Assembly: GCF_018977255.1 (NCBI RefSeq)
Contig: NW_024705307.1
Location: forward strand, 1 to 55,426
Direction of reading: 5' to 3'
Source: Callorhinchus milii
Lineage: Eukaryota
Length of the DNA: 55,426 nucleotides
Below the pieces are notes generated by a model, which did not search any database, was not told the DNA's origin, and worked only from the letters and a program-made list of their open reading frames with translations. Position numbers and translations under genes: made by a program. Below are positions 39,975 through 50,680 of the stretch, piece after piece. Numbering within the stretch: the stretch's first letter is position 1; every line of letters begins with the position of its first letter.

Positions 39975-40484
39975 TTGTATTGTTTAATTTTTATTATTTT
40001 ATTATTTTCCGTCTACGTGACTTTACCAAAAGAACCAAGAAGATGAATCCCTGCCGTCAAGAAAGCTTTAAAAAATTTTTCGTGTTTTTGTGTTGTTGTT
40101 GTTGTAACTTTCTTACCCATCCCTACTGGACATGTGAAAAAGAACTTTACAGCTCTTCGGATTCCTCCGCTACAAATATTCTGACCCGACGACTTTCTGC
40201 GCACCAGGCGATGGAGTTAACATCTCGACTGAAACCACAACACATTCTCATCGCTGTCAACCCCTTGTCACTTGCCTCTTACTTATTACAGAACAATTCA
40301 CACCTCATTGGTCACCCCGTGCCCTTATAAATATCAACGTTCCTCCTGCAAAGAAACACAAACAAGACAAAAACTTGTTTTTTTGCCACGTATTGAAACG
40401 GCTGCACATCGCATGGACCTCCAAATAATATTTCCTGTACAAGATACGGGGTTCAACCGTACGGGTTGACAATTACGCATCCTA

Positions 40485-40672
40485 TTCTTTGGGTCTTTCG
40501 GTAAAGTCACGTAGATAGGTTCAAAGAAAATAACCAAAAAATAAAAAAATATGGGCAGTTTTTGTAAAAAAAAAATGTTGTTATTTTCTTTGAACCCATC
40601 TACGTGACTTAACCGAAAGACCCAAAGAACATGAATTCCCGCAGTCACGAAAGCTTTAAGTTAAGATTTAAC
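40485..40672 (+). mobile_element. Palindromic Penelope-like element remnant, copy 4
   Basis: Arms ttctttgggtctttcggtaaagtcacgtagat / atctacgtgacttaaccgaaagacccaaagaa plus tail gcagtcacgaaagcttt. Direct repeat TACGCATCCTA at 40474-40484 and 40673-40683. Confidence 0.78.
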
Positions 40673-40859
40673 TACGCATCCTACACCACCACCCCACCCC
40701 CCCCAGGACACAAAAAAGGAGCGCCAAATTTCATTCATCTCGCGGGCGCTCCTCCTGCACCTCCTGCTACCACACGCAACACGGAGAGAGCGATGAAGAC
40801 AGAAGCCGCGGCCCACGGCCACCACGGCCACTGTATCGAGTTGCCGCTCCCCGCGTTGA

Positions 40860-41240
40860 ATTTCACCGCTGGGCGTGGGAACTTCGCATTCCTCTCCCCT
40901 CGCGGCAGCCAATGGCGCGTCGCTCCGCTAGATTCTCCCTCGGCCGGTGGGACTCTGCAACCCCATTGGTCCGCCAGCGAATGCTGAGTAGGCGTGGCCT
41001 GCGGTTGTGACCGCCCTCCCCCCCACCACAACCTCCACCCCCCACCTCCTCTGCCTTACTCCCCCACCACCACCCGTCCGTTCAGCACCCCCCCCCACCA
41101 CCCAAACTCTTCGCTCTCTCGGTCCGCCTCCGTTCTCTCTCTCCTCTCTCTCCCTTTGCACGACGCTGCTGCTGCTGCTGGTATGTCGGCGGTGACGTCA
41201 AGGCGTGGGAAAATCTCCCGCTCTGGTTCCCATCGGCGCG
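40860..41240. promoter_or_regulatory. Candidate Notch-responsive enhancer (CpG-rich) with CSL sites, CRE and CCAAT boxes
   Basis: CGTGGGAA at 40874-40881 and 41204-41211; inverted TTCCCATC at 41227-41234 (15-nt spacer); TGACGTCA at 41193-41200; CCAAT at 40909-40913 and ATTGG at 40965-40969. Confidence 0.55.
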
Positions 41241-42015
41241 CCGAACGATGGTCGCGCATCTGTTGGGCTGCCCGGCGTTGTGCACGAACGACGCTGTTTG
41301 TTGCCTTGGGTGGGGTGTGCTCGGGGTTGTGAGTACAAGAAGGATGCCCCCTTGCCTCGCCTGCCTTGCCTGCTTGGAGGAATGAGAGGGGGGCTCTTTC
41401 AGTGCGGTATTGTGGCAAAGATTGTGGCCCTCTTTCCCTTCCAATACGGCGGTGGCTGCAAGGAGAGAGTGGGATGGGCAAAAGGTGTGAAGAGCTGGAC
41501 TGGGCCCTTCTCTTGACAATCAACACGAATCCATCATCTGGGGTGTTTTCACACAATAGAGGCCAACGTGAGTTTAGACGGACTCTGTTGCCAGAGAAAA
41601 CTTCCTCCCACTGAGTTTTTTGGGTTGGTAGGACATTTCGAAAGAAAAAAAATCCCAATTTATGTTGTGGCTTTTAGGACCGGCCACATTATTTCTGATC
41701 TGGTTGTGAGCTGGATTGTGTTGGAACCCACCGGTGTCGAAAGAGGGGAGAGAGCAGAATGGAGAATGGGCGGGTGGAGTGGGTGAAACGTCGTATTTTA
41801 CACCCCAATGCACGCACTGTGGTATAAACCTGCCCCTAATTACCCGAGGAATTACACCCAACGTTTAGCAACGCACAGGCACGCACTGTAATGCGGGGCT
41901 GGGGCACTTGCAGGCTTTGTGGGAAGAAGGGGTGAACAAAACCTAAAAAATTGTAGTTGTGGGCTAGAGTTTGGTGTTGTCCCTTGACGCACCGCTTGCA
42001 TTATCACTATTTTCT

Positions 42016-42240
42016 ATTTTATTTTAACAAGGCCCACTGAGCTATATAGCTATTTTTCAGAAGCGATCTGGCTATCACAAATGATAGCTCAACGAAGTGG
42101 CCTTATGTGGAAATATATATATCAGCCCAAATACTCTAAAAACATGTTTCTAAATGTGGAGAGAAAACCCGCAAGGACCCGGAGAAAAATCCACGCCACC
42201 ACGGAGAGAAAGAGAGACACACACAACGCAAACTCCATTG
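42016..42240 (-). mobile_element. Same V-SINE-like family, inverted copy
   Basis: aaggcccactgagctatatagct...gaagcgatctggc and ggacccggagaaaaatccacgc...gcaaactcc match the reverse complement of the 28.3-kb copy. Confidence 0.75.
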
Positions 42241-43013
42241 GCGAGGCGTTTCACAGAGACGAAGAACCAAGGCTTCCCAATCGCAGTGGCTCTGTGGTTG
42301 CAGAGAATAATGAGACAAACAGACAAACACAATTTTAAAACCTGCAACCTTTTGAAATACAATACCCCACCCCCCTCGGTTCCCTGTTATTAAGCAAACT
42401 CTAGTCGGCTGCATCGGCTCATCACTCGTCACGCAAGTGAAAAAAAAAGTGAGCTGCATCTGCAAGTCACTGTACAATGCACTACGGAGCAGATGCCTGA
42501 TTGAGATAAGGATAAATATAATGGGGTATTATATGGCTTAAAAAATTGTTCGGTAGCTCCCGAGTTATAAACCCAAAACAACATGTGCATTTACTGTAGG
42601 GTAGAGGGGGGGTAAGAAATCTCCAGCTGAGTTTAAACACAAGAAGTCACTGTGGCTGAGCAAAGAACGCTGATAATTTTCAGAGGTCTTGGCAGATCAA
42701 AAATAGTTGGGTCTTTACACTCGGTTTTTGTGAAGCAGCAGTGTTTGAAGCGTTTGCATGGGTGGAGGGGGGAGAGACGTTGCCACATGTAACATTCCAC
42801 ATCTGTGCTGGTCCTTAGGGCTGCCCTATCTTTACGAATGTGGAACAAATGTAAAGCAAAGTGAACAAGGTCCGCTGCGGTTGTGCCAATGCCCGATTGA
42901 GTGCGCGTGCCTCTGCAGGCTGGTGCCCTTGTAAGGGGCTGTATCTGAAAATCTGACTGGTGTGGGTTGATTCACGTCATCTGGATTTGGTATGGACACG
43001 ACAATATGGAGCC

Positions 43014-43226
43014 CTTTGTTAAACCATTGCTGGATGAACGCTTCCGCGTTGGTCGGGCTGTTTGACCATATTTCACCATGCTGGTCGATGCTGGTCGGTG
43101 AAGTAGGGTGGGCTGTGGGTACCGGTTCAGATATGGCTCACCAACGATGTTGGCCGTAGCTGGGAATCGAACGGAGCAGCCGGGGGTTTATGGCGTGGTG
43201 TGTGAACCACTGCGCTGCTGTTTTCC
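43014..43226 (-). mobile_element. tRNA-derived SINE family C, near full length, RTE-like tail
   Basis: gggaatcgaac (B-box, reverse complement), tttgaccatatttcaccatgctgg body, and tail matching the reverse complement of catccagcagtggatt. Confidence 0.7.
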
Positions 43227-43733
43227 AAATAAAGCTGATAAAATATATATAGGCATGTTCTCAGCAAACACATTTGAGTGATTTGCTATGATCCAGGGCA
43301 TGTGAAAATTGCAGATACAGCAAAATGTTTGCACGTGTAAAGAAATATAATTCTTTTAACATTTAATTATTTTATAATATTCCATGCCTGTAGCAGCCAA
43401 AATCAGCACACTGGATGCAATCATTAAGCTCTATAAAGAGAACGGATATGTACACACACCGTTGCAGTTTAGCATAAGCCTTCATTTCAGAAATACTAAA
43501 CTCAGGGCATGCACCTTTTGACCCGAAACAGCACAATGGAAATTCAACCAAAGTTAGCAATTTTTGCAACTCTGATACTGAAACATCAGTGTGCTGCAAA
43601 ACGCAGGCAAGAAAGCATTTGTGGATTCAGCTTTATCTGCTGAGCATATGCTATGTCGAGATAAAGACAGTTGACCTCATCACAACCAGTGTCAGTGGAC
43701 AGAATTCTGGAACAAAATGAAAGCACCAAAGCG

Positions 43734-43739
43734 TTTATT
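43734..43739 (-). terminator. Candidate EXD3 polyadenylation signal (AATAAA)
   Basis: Minus-strand AATAAA about 400 nt after the EXD3 stop, followed by a U-rich stretch. Confidence 0.4.
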
Positions 43740-44132
43740 TTCACCACCAGATTCTTATCACAAAACAATGTAAATCGTGTTGTGATGTTTGCCATAAACC
43801 TAGAGTAACAGCTTTAAGCAAATGCAGATGTACATTGGCTGCTTAAGTCTTATGGAGAACTTTTACACTCAAAACCAAAACATCCGACTGTTAATAAAGA
43901 TTAAACCATGCTTAAAACCATCCCACAAAACTTTGGTTTCATATTAAACAATTTTAAAAAATTAGAAAGAATTCTTTAATTTTTAATAGACAAATAAGAC
44001 GACCTTAAAATTTGTAAGTTTTAAGACTTTAAAACTAACGTAACACCAAGAAAGATTTCTTCAACCGTTGAACGCAACCAAACAATTTTAAGCGTAATTA
44101 TTTTTGTTGCAACACCCACCTTTAGGCTAATT

Positions 44133-44475
44133 CTACGACTCGTAAAACGTGGAGGTGTCGCCTTCCGTGGACAGCACATCGGCAAACTGCGAGAGGATGC
44201 GAGAAAAGTGCGACCCCTCCCAGAACACCTTCCCGCAAGTTACGCAGCAGTAAAAGAGCTGCACAGTTTCCAAGACACCTTGGGGAATTGCCTCGGCCAG
44301 GAGCGCGGTTCCGTTTGCGAATGATGCCGTGTTTGCATCAAGTTCTTGATTCTCCACGAAGAAGGCCGGGTAGTATCGTGGTGTCCGCGAAGACCAACTC
44401 TCGCTCGCCCTTGACATCGTCTTCTCCGGCCCGGGAGTGCCACCACACCTTCTTGCCAGCTTTTACCCGCAAAAT
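44133..44475 (-). CDS. EXD3: EXD3 (mut-7 homologue) terminal coding exon, C-terminal half of the Mut7-C zinc ribbon; 5' boundary/frame uncertain
   Basis: The frame ending at TAG 44135-44133 encodes ...ANGTALLAEAIPQGVLETVQLFYCCVTCGKVFWEGSHFSRILSQF, matching the EXD3 motif FYCCxxCGKVFWxGSH. A pyrimidine-rich acceptor (ctactttacatctgcag) ends at 44476. Confidence 0.88.
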
Positions 44476-45688
44476 CTGCAGATGTAAAGTAGACAAACAC
44501 GGTACAGGCGGGGGCATCATAAGCATAATAAATAGCATGACACTGAACTTAGCTTTGGGTAATTTCCAAACTTTTCTAAATGTCTGAAGGTTAATACAAC
44601 ATTTGAATTAAAATCCTCAATGTAATTCCAAAAGTCTGATGGAAGTATTTATTTTATATACAAGGTATCTTTTATTCTGTAAAAATAACAATTTTTAAAA
44701 AGTTTTGCAGTAAGAGAAAGTCAAACATGTTAAGTTTTATTCTTGAATTTTTTTAGAAAATTCAAATCCATAAAAAAAAACTGATGGATATGTAACAATA
44801 CAAGCACAGTCACGAAAATTGTTAACCCAAGTCCAATTCCCACCATACTCAACAAGCAAGAGGCTCTTGACAAACACGGCTAACTTTTATTGACATCCGC
44901 TAAACACACTCAACATCAGACCTGTGGATGTTCGCGCCCTCATGTCAGTAAATGACTGGGGCCAATGTGGACATCTGTCAAGTCTACGGCGAAACAAGGC
45001 AAGCCTTGAGCTGTGCTACGATTTTGCGCCCATGAGAGAACGCTGTGGCCCAAGCTCTCAGCCCGACCGGAGGACCAAACAGGGCTCTCGTTTGAAGCCG
45101 AGTGTCTGTTGGGGCACCTCCTCCCGGCGTGTTTGCCGTGTGGCTTTTTGGCAACTCAGGTGAACAAATATTGACGCGGCAAAAGTCGAGAGACGTCTCT
45201 GTTAAGGCTGCTGTTTGTGGCAGCGTGTCCAGGCGTTCAGGCCCAAATCCACTACGGGAGGCGATGGGAAAAATCTTGCAAAGCAAATGGTGACATTTTT
45301 CGTTTTTGAGAATTAAAGAAAAGCAATTCCTGAAAAAGTGGCAAAAGGAAGTTATCGACTTGCTTATGAATTATGGAATCACGACTCGGCGGGGGGGGGG
45401 GGGCAGTAATAAAGGTAATGTGACATGAAACGGTATTGCAGTGGTTAGCGCCCTGCGCGACGCATCTGTGCAACGTAAGTTTGATTTCTGACTCATGGGT
45501 AACATTGGTAGGGGTGATATATGGACCGGTCCTGGGCTACTCCCTGCAGTAAAATGTGATACATTAGACGATGAGGCACTTACTTCAGTTAGGTCACTAA
45601 CATGGAGTACAGCCTCAAGGAGACAATTCCTTACTCATAATTGCTTAGATTGTAATGCTCCGCCCATCCCCTAGACAGTAACAAAAAT

Positions 45689-45827
45689 CTTCTTGGTTCT
45701 TTCGGTAAAGTCACGTAGAAGGAAAATAATAAAATAATAAAAATGCTTTATTATTTCCCTTCTACGTGACTTTACCGAAAGAACCAAGAAGATGAATCCC
45801 TGCAGTCACGAAAGCTTTAAATCGAAA
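45689..45827 (+). mobile_element. Palindromic Penelope-like element remnant in the last EXD3 intron, copy 5
   Basis: Near-perfect arms cttcttggttctttcggtaaagtcacgtagaagg / ccttctacgtgactttaccgaaagaaccaagaag plus tail. Direct repeat AGTAACAAAAAT at 45677-45688 and 45828-45839. Confidence 0.8.
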
Positions 45828-45850
45828 AGTAACAAAAATGTACAACATTT

Positions 45851-46072
45851 TGTTAATCCACTGCTGTATGAAGGAATTCCTTTTCCATGGCAGTTATAGG
45901 GGTTGTTTAGTTGTACATCACCACACTGGTAATTGTGGGATGCTGAAGGGTGGGAGGTGGGGACAGGACCAGTTTAGATATCGCTCACGACTAATAGTAG
46001 CCAATGCCGGGAATCAAACTAAGTCGCTGGGTTCACAGCGCAGTATGCTAACTGTTGTGTCAATGCTCCCCA
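45851..46072 (-). mobile_element. tRNA-derived SINE family C, diverged copy
   Basis: aatccactgctgtatgaagg tail; gccaatgccgggaatcaaact...ctgggttca head. Confidence 0.6.
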
Positions 46073-46357
46073 CCGTAGTTATGTTTCTATACACAATTAC
46101 CTCTGCACATCTGTGAGAAGTACAGAGGAGGTGTGCGTGCACTTTAAGAGTCACCACATCTGCCTGCAGTACCATTGGCGTTGCGCGAGCAAAGAAGCTG
46201 CCAAACCTTCAACTAAAATCTGACAACACCGAGGGCAGTGTAACCTCGAAACGCTTGCCAAAGTTTTCGGCGCTCATTCTCCACCTTTCTGATCTTGAAA
46301 TGTTGTGAAATTATTTTGACAGCGTCGACACACGCGAGCCAGGGTTCCACGCCTCAC

Positions 46358-46568
46358 CTTGGGTTGGAGCCACCGCCGGTGACCAACGTACACCACCGGG
46401 CTCGATGCAGCCCTGGGCCTCGTCCGCGAGGTCGTCTCCGAGTACGCCGCCGTAGCCCGGCTCGGGATCGACCAGTCCTGTCGTTGCTCGCAGCAGCTCC
46501 CTCCTCGTCACAGCCGCCTTGGCCATGTCTGCTCCCGAAATCTTCATGTAGCGGTTGCCGTTGCAGAC
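46358..46568 (-). CDS. EXD3: EXD3 penultimate coding exon (211 nt, phase 0 to phase 1)
   Basis: Acceptor ...acacAG at 46570-46569 and donor caag|GTGAGG at 46357. Encodes VCNGNRYMKISGADM..., resembling human EXD3 (RCQ)ACNCDQYLKVS, the first cysteine pair of the Mut7-C zinc ribbon. Confidence 0.8.
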
Positions 46569-47004
46569 CTGTGTTCCAGTCCCGTAAAAAAACGACAATG
46601 ATAAAAAAAAAGTTAGAAAAAGTCACACGTACAGCATGGATTATGTAACGCTTTCCAACACGAGTTATCAGTACTGTAGCTGTCAACGTTTAAATGTTTG
46701 CTTATTTGAAAAAAGTCCGATATGCTCTGATATGATTCTCCACGATTTTGGCAATAGTTTGAACAATTTGGCCAGTATGCAAGAAACGTAAGTCCCTAAA
46801 AGCAACCATCATTAAGGGAGTTAAAGTTCCCCTCCTCGTTACGAACAATCGGACGGATGGAGCCATTGCATAAACCAAAATTACAAGAGGAGCAATTTAT
46901 GTTCGAAGTCGGTAAAAAGAACCTCAATATTTCAAGAGCCGCAATGCAATGTGAATACGAGACGGTGGTGGTCATTAATAAATAAAGTCCCGAAGCAGGT
47001 CCTT

Positions 47005-47048
47005 AAAGAGCCACATGCGGCGCTGGAGCCGCAGGTTGCTAACCCCTG
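47005..47048. mobile_element. hAT-type non-autonomous DNA transposon terminus
   Basis: aaagagccacatgcggcgctggagccgcaggttgctaacccctg resembles common vertebrate hAT ends terminating in CCCCTG. Confidence 0.55.
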
Positions 47049-47777
47049 GCGTAAACGCTTTCAACCTTAGTTGAAAAACATTAAAAGGCAAAACTCGATC
47101 CTCCTGTTGGCCTTGTAAACTGCTGTGCTGCGTGTTGTTCGTGAGGACCTACTAAGGCCAGTATTTCTTTGTTAAAACATACAAATTGCAGGTATTGTAC
47201 TGCACTGCGTGAATGTGTGGTGTGTGCATGCACTCACACAGTTCTTCATTGCAACAAAAGAGATGTGTTGCCTCCATGGGCTCTCATCTGGTTGTTGAAA
47301 ATCACATTTTACCACGAACTAATATAGTGCAGCGAAATTCATAGCTGTACTGTACTTCCATACCCCCACTTCTATGCTCTGTGCTTGAACCAATCCACAC
47401 TTACCAGCGTGGCGAGGTATCAAAGAATCCCCCCACAACCTGCACAGCATGAGCAGGCCCTCATCCAGCAGTGGATTGACAAAAGAGCTGGCTGTACATA
47501 TGTACATGTACACTTCGACATGAAGCAATGTGAAGCGTGAGACTGCTGCATTAATGGGAAGACCCCCTCCCCCCCCCCCCTGGGATGCACACCTAATATG
47601 CGCAGAAACTCCAATAAAACAGACGGATAACTGGGCATCTGCACCATTATCCTGACAGGAGAGGGCACATAAAATGCATCACAGGTAGAAAGAACCGTTT
47701 AATAGCTTGTTTACTCTGGGCAACCGGAGGCTGGGGAGAGTCCGGTTGAAAAGAACACACATGCACCCACACACACG

Positions 47778-48383
47778 CACACAAAGACAACGACCCCCCA
47801 TATAGCCTTAACAGACTGTTAGGGCAAGTGCTGTTAGCGAGCACCTATGAAGGCCGGCACGGCACACGAGGGGGTGGGTGGCCAACGCCACGCCCGGCCA
47901 CCTTTGTCTCCCGAACAACGATGTTTACACACAACACTTTTGAGGCTGAGTCAACCTAGGGGGAGGCCCGGGACGGGTTCGGATAATCAACACTGATGTT
48001 AGCCGTGAGCGGGAATCGAACTCAGTTCCCCAGGTTCGTAGAGCAGCGCGCTCACCGCCACACTACCGCTCCCCAACCACCCACACAAAGACAAAGATCC
48101 CCTGTATAGCCTTAACAGACTGTAGGGGCAAGTGCTGTTAGCGAGCACCTATGAAGGCCAGAACGGTACACGAGGGGGTGGGTGGCCAGCACCACGCCCG
48201 ACGCCTTTGTCTCCCCAGTGGCGATGTTTACACACCGCACCGGGTACTCATTTGAGGCTGAGTCGACCTAGGGAGGCCCGGACCGGTTCAGATAATCGTC
48301 ACTGGTGTTGGCCGTGAGTGGGAATCGAACTCAGTTCGCCGGGTTCGTAGAGCAGCGCGCTAACCGCCACACTACCGCTCCCC
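47778..48383 (-). mobile_element. Head-to-tail pair of tRNA-derived SINEs, family D (units about 47778-48074 and 48082-48383)
   Basis: Two similar ~300-bp units: tatagccttaacagactg..gggcaagtgctgttagcgagcacctatgaaggcc...ggctgagtc.acctagg...gggaatcgaactcagttc...cactaccgctcccc. Confidence 0.85.
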
Positions 48384-50464
48384 ACCCACCACCCACAGCC
48401 TCCTGCAAAAAAAACTGCACAAACAACTCGCAGGGCGGACGTAGCAGCGAGGCAGGCTCGGGGCTAGCGAGCATGATCGCCAACCTTCTGAGGCTGCCGG
48501 ATGTCCCGTTTACTTACGCATCTTGGCGATCCCACGACATTCTTCACATGAGCAGCCCATTGTGTTGCGCGGTATATCACAGTGAAATTGAGCATGTAAA
48601 TTAAATGAACCCTCCCACCAACACACACTTTGCTAATTTGTACGCCACCCATTACAAATTATTATTTCCAGCCCCTTTTGTTGACCTACTGTTGGAGGCA
48701 ACAAACCACTGCCCTTTAATTTTCATGAAGTTGTATTCGTGATAACAATTTACGGCCCTTTGACAGTTCAGGCCCTCCCCACACAACGTCAGTCACGTGG
48801 GAGGTTGTTTGACCCAACTACACCGAGTTGGTGAAAGGATTGAGGGGGGGGAACAGGCTGAAAAACTAGCACAGATATTACTCATGGCTGATAATAGTAA
48901 TTTGCTAGGAATCGAACTCGGGTCACTAGATTCATACAGCAGTGTGGTTCTACTCCATAAGAGGTTTTTGGTTTAGATCGCGTAAATATAAATGTGTCGT
49001 TAAACCTGCCACCACCCGACAGCCAATTAGTGAGGTTCGTCATGTAAACCAAACGTGCCGATGTGTTACTAGTACAGCAGCACCAGTGTGTTGCAGAGTA
49101 AACCCACAACATTCACAATTCGAGTACACTTTCACTGACCCCCCACAGCCCCTCCCACCTCCACTTCGTGTGCCACCTATTTTCCAAAGCAAAATTAGCT
49201 CACAAACACTCCTAAGCAGAAGCGTAACAATGCATAGATTATAACTGTTGAGTGACCATATTGTTTTTTTTATATTGACACATGCATCGATTCACGTGGC
49301 TAAGAATCTAGACCTCTCAGTGCGTATATGTTGTAATGGATTTACGCGACAGCTGCAGACATTAAATTCACAACAATGTCAAAACGAGTACCCCGATTGC
49401 ATATTCAAAAACCATTGCACCTCTACTTCCACGAATCATCAAATAGCCACGGTTTATTTCCTTAACGCTGCAGTTCGGAGGAGCTATACATGAATGGCAC
49501 GTAGCAATGTGACCACTGCATGCAGAAAGTGCTGGTGATGGTGTCAGGGTGTTGATGCAGCTGCGTGCCCTGCGGTGTTTTTTCTGCGATTGTGAAACCA
49601 AGGGTTCATACTCTCAGGCCAAGGCACACTTACCACTGTGGACAAGTCTCGACGTACAAGCTCTGCCGTGCTTTTAAATCAATTTGCTAAACAAATTAAA
49701 CAAAATGTGAACTTCCCAATAGGCGTGGGTCATGTGGTAGGTCACGCTAAAACAGCAATCAGTCCTGGGTGGTCACTTATCATTTTATTGTTTCCGTCTG
49801 TGTTGGTCGAGGTCAGGACACCATCTAAACTCATCACGTAAAACAAGTTTTCGTTTTTGCGACTATTCTGCAAGCTACAATCGCACTGCTTTAGGAACTA
49901 AATGGGTGGTATCATATTTACCTCTCGTTTAACACACTTCGTCTCTCTGTATGACAATCCCCTATGACACTGTAGGGGTATTTAAGATTAAAATAATCAA
50001 AGAGAAAATGTTTAATACTGTGAACAAGCCACCATGAGATGTTGAATTGCGTTTATAAAGTGTCAGATTTCTGCTGCTAAATGGCGTGATTGCACTCTTG
50101 GCTTGGAATGCATAACATTAATAGTCGATTTGCAAAAAGCAAGAAATGGGTCACCCTTTCCTGGCAATTCAATTAATTGCCACTATTTGAGTGGAGTAAT
50201 TTGCAGTTTCATTTTTACTATCTCATTTATATTCTTCTTTCACTTTTTATTTCTTGTTAAGACAGTTTTGTTTGCTCCATAATTTCTTATATAACATGCA
50301 TTTTTACAACCCTAGGTCATACGACTCCTAGAGAATGGCTCCCTATTCACAGCTTTGTCAAAAATATATAGATTCTTGAATCGTAAAAAATTCCATGAAT
50401 CGCTGGGATATGGGGTGAATTGTTCCACCGCGAACAATAATAACTTAACAATCATAAAGTACAA

Positions 50465-50680
50465 TGTCAATCCACTGCCGGCTGGATGAAAACCTCCCCA
50501 AGCCGTATCTGCCATCAGGTGTTGTTTGACCATACTTCACCGCGCTGGTTGGTGCAAATTGCTAAAGGAGCCCAAGACTGGTTCAGATATAAGTCACCAC
50601 CAACGTTAGCCGTGGACAGGAATGAAACTAATGTCGCTGGGTTCATCGCACAGAGCACTCACCCTCGCACCAGTCCTCCA
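50465..50680 (-). mobile_element. tRNA-derived SINE family C
   Basis: tgtcaatccactgc...ctggatgaa tail, tttgaccatacttcaccgcgctgg body, ggttcagatat...gccgtgg..ggaatgaaact head. Confidence 0.65.

Larger units (their letters stand above)
39769..40079 (+). mobile_element. Long palindromic Penelope-like element remnant with two inverted hammerhead motifs, copy 3
   Basis: About 120-bp inverted arms at 39772-39892 and 39918-40038, then the family tail. Direct repeat TCGTGTTTTT at 39759-39768 and 40080-40089. Confidence 0.8.

Noticed and set aside
41056..41658. 200-aa minus-strand ORF in the CpG-rich block
   Set aside because: Low-complexity translation with several overlapping open frames, typical of stop-poor GC-rich DNA.
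44984..45286. Possible extra EXD3 exon in the last intron
   Set aside because: The three candidate acceptors I tried hit stops when entered in phase 1, and the peptide has no EXD3 similarity. It cannot be fully excluded without RNA-seq.
45689..45793. miRNA precursor or MITE interpretation of the hairpins
   Set aside because: The asymmetric 3' tail, variable arm length, 10-12 bp TSDs and hammerhead motif fit a Penelope-like retroelement better.
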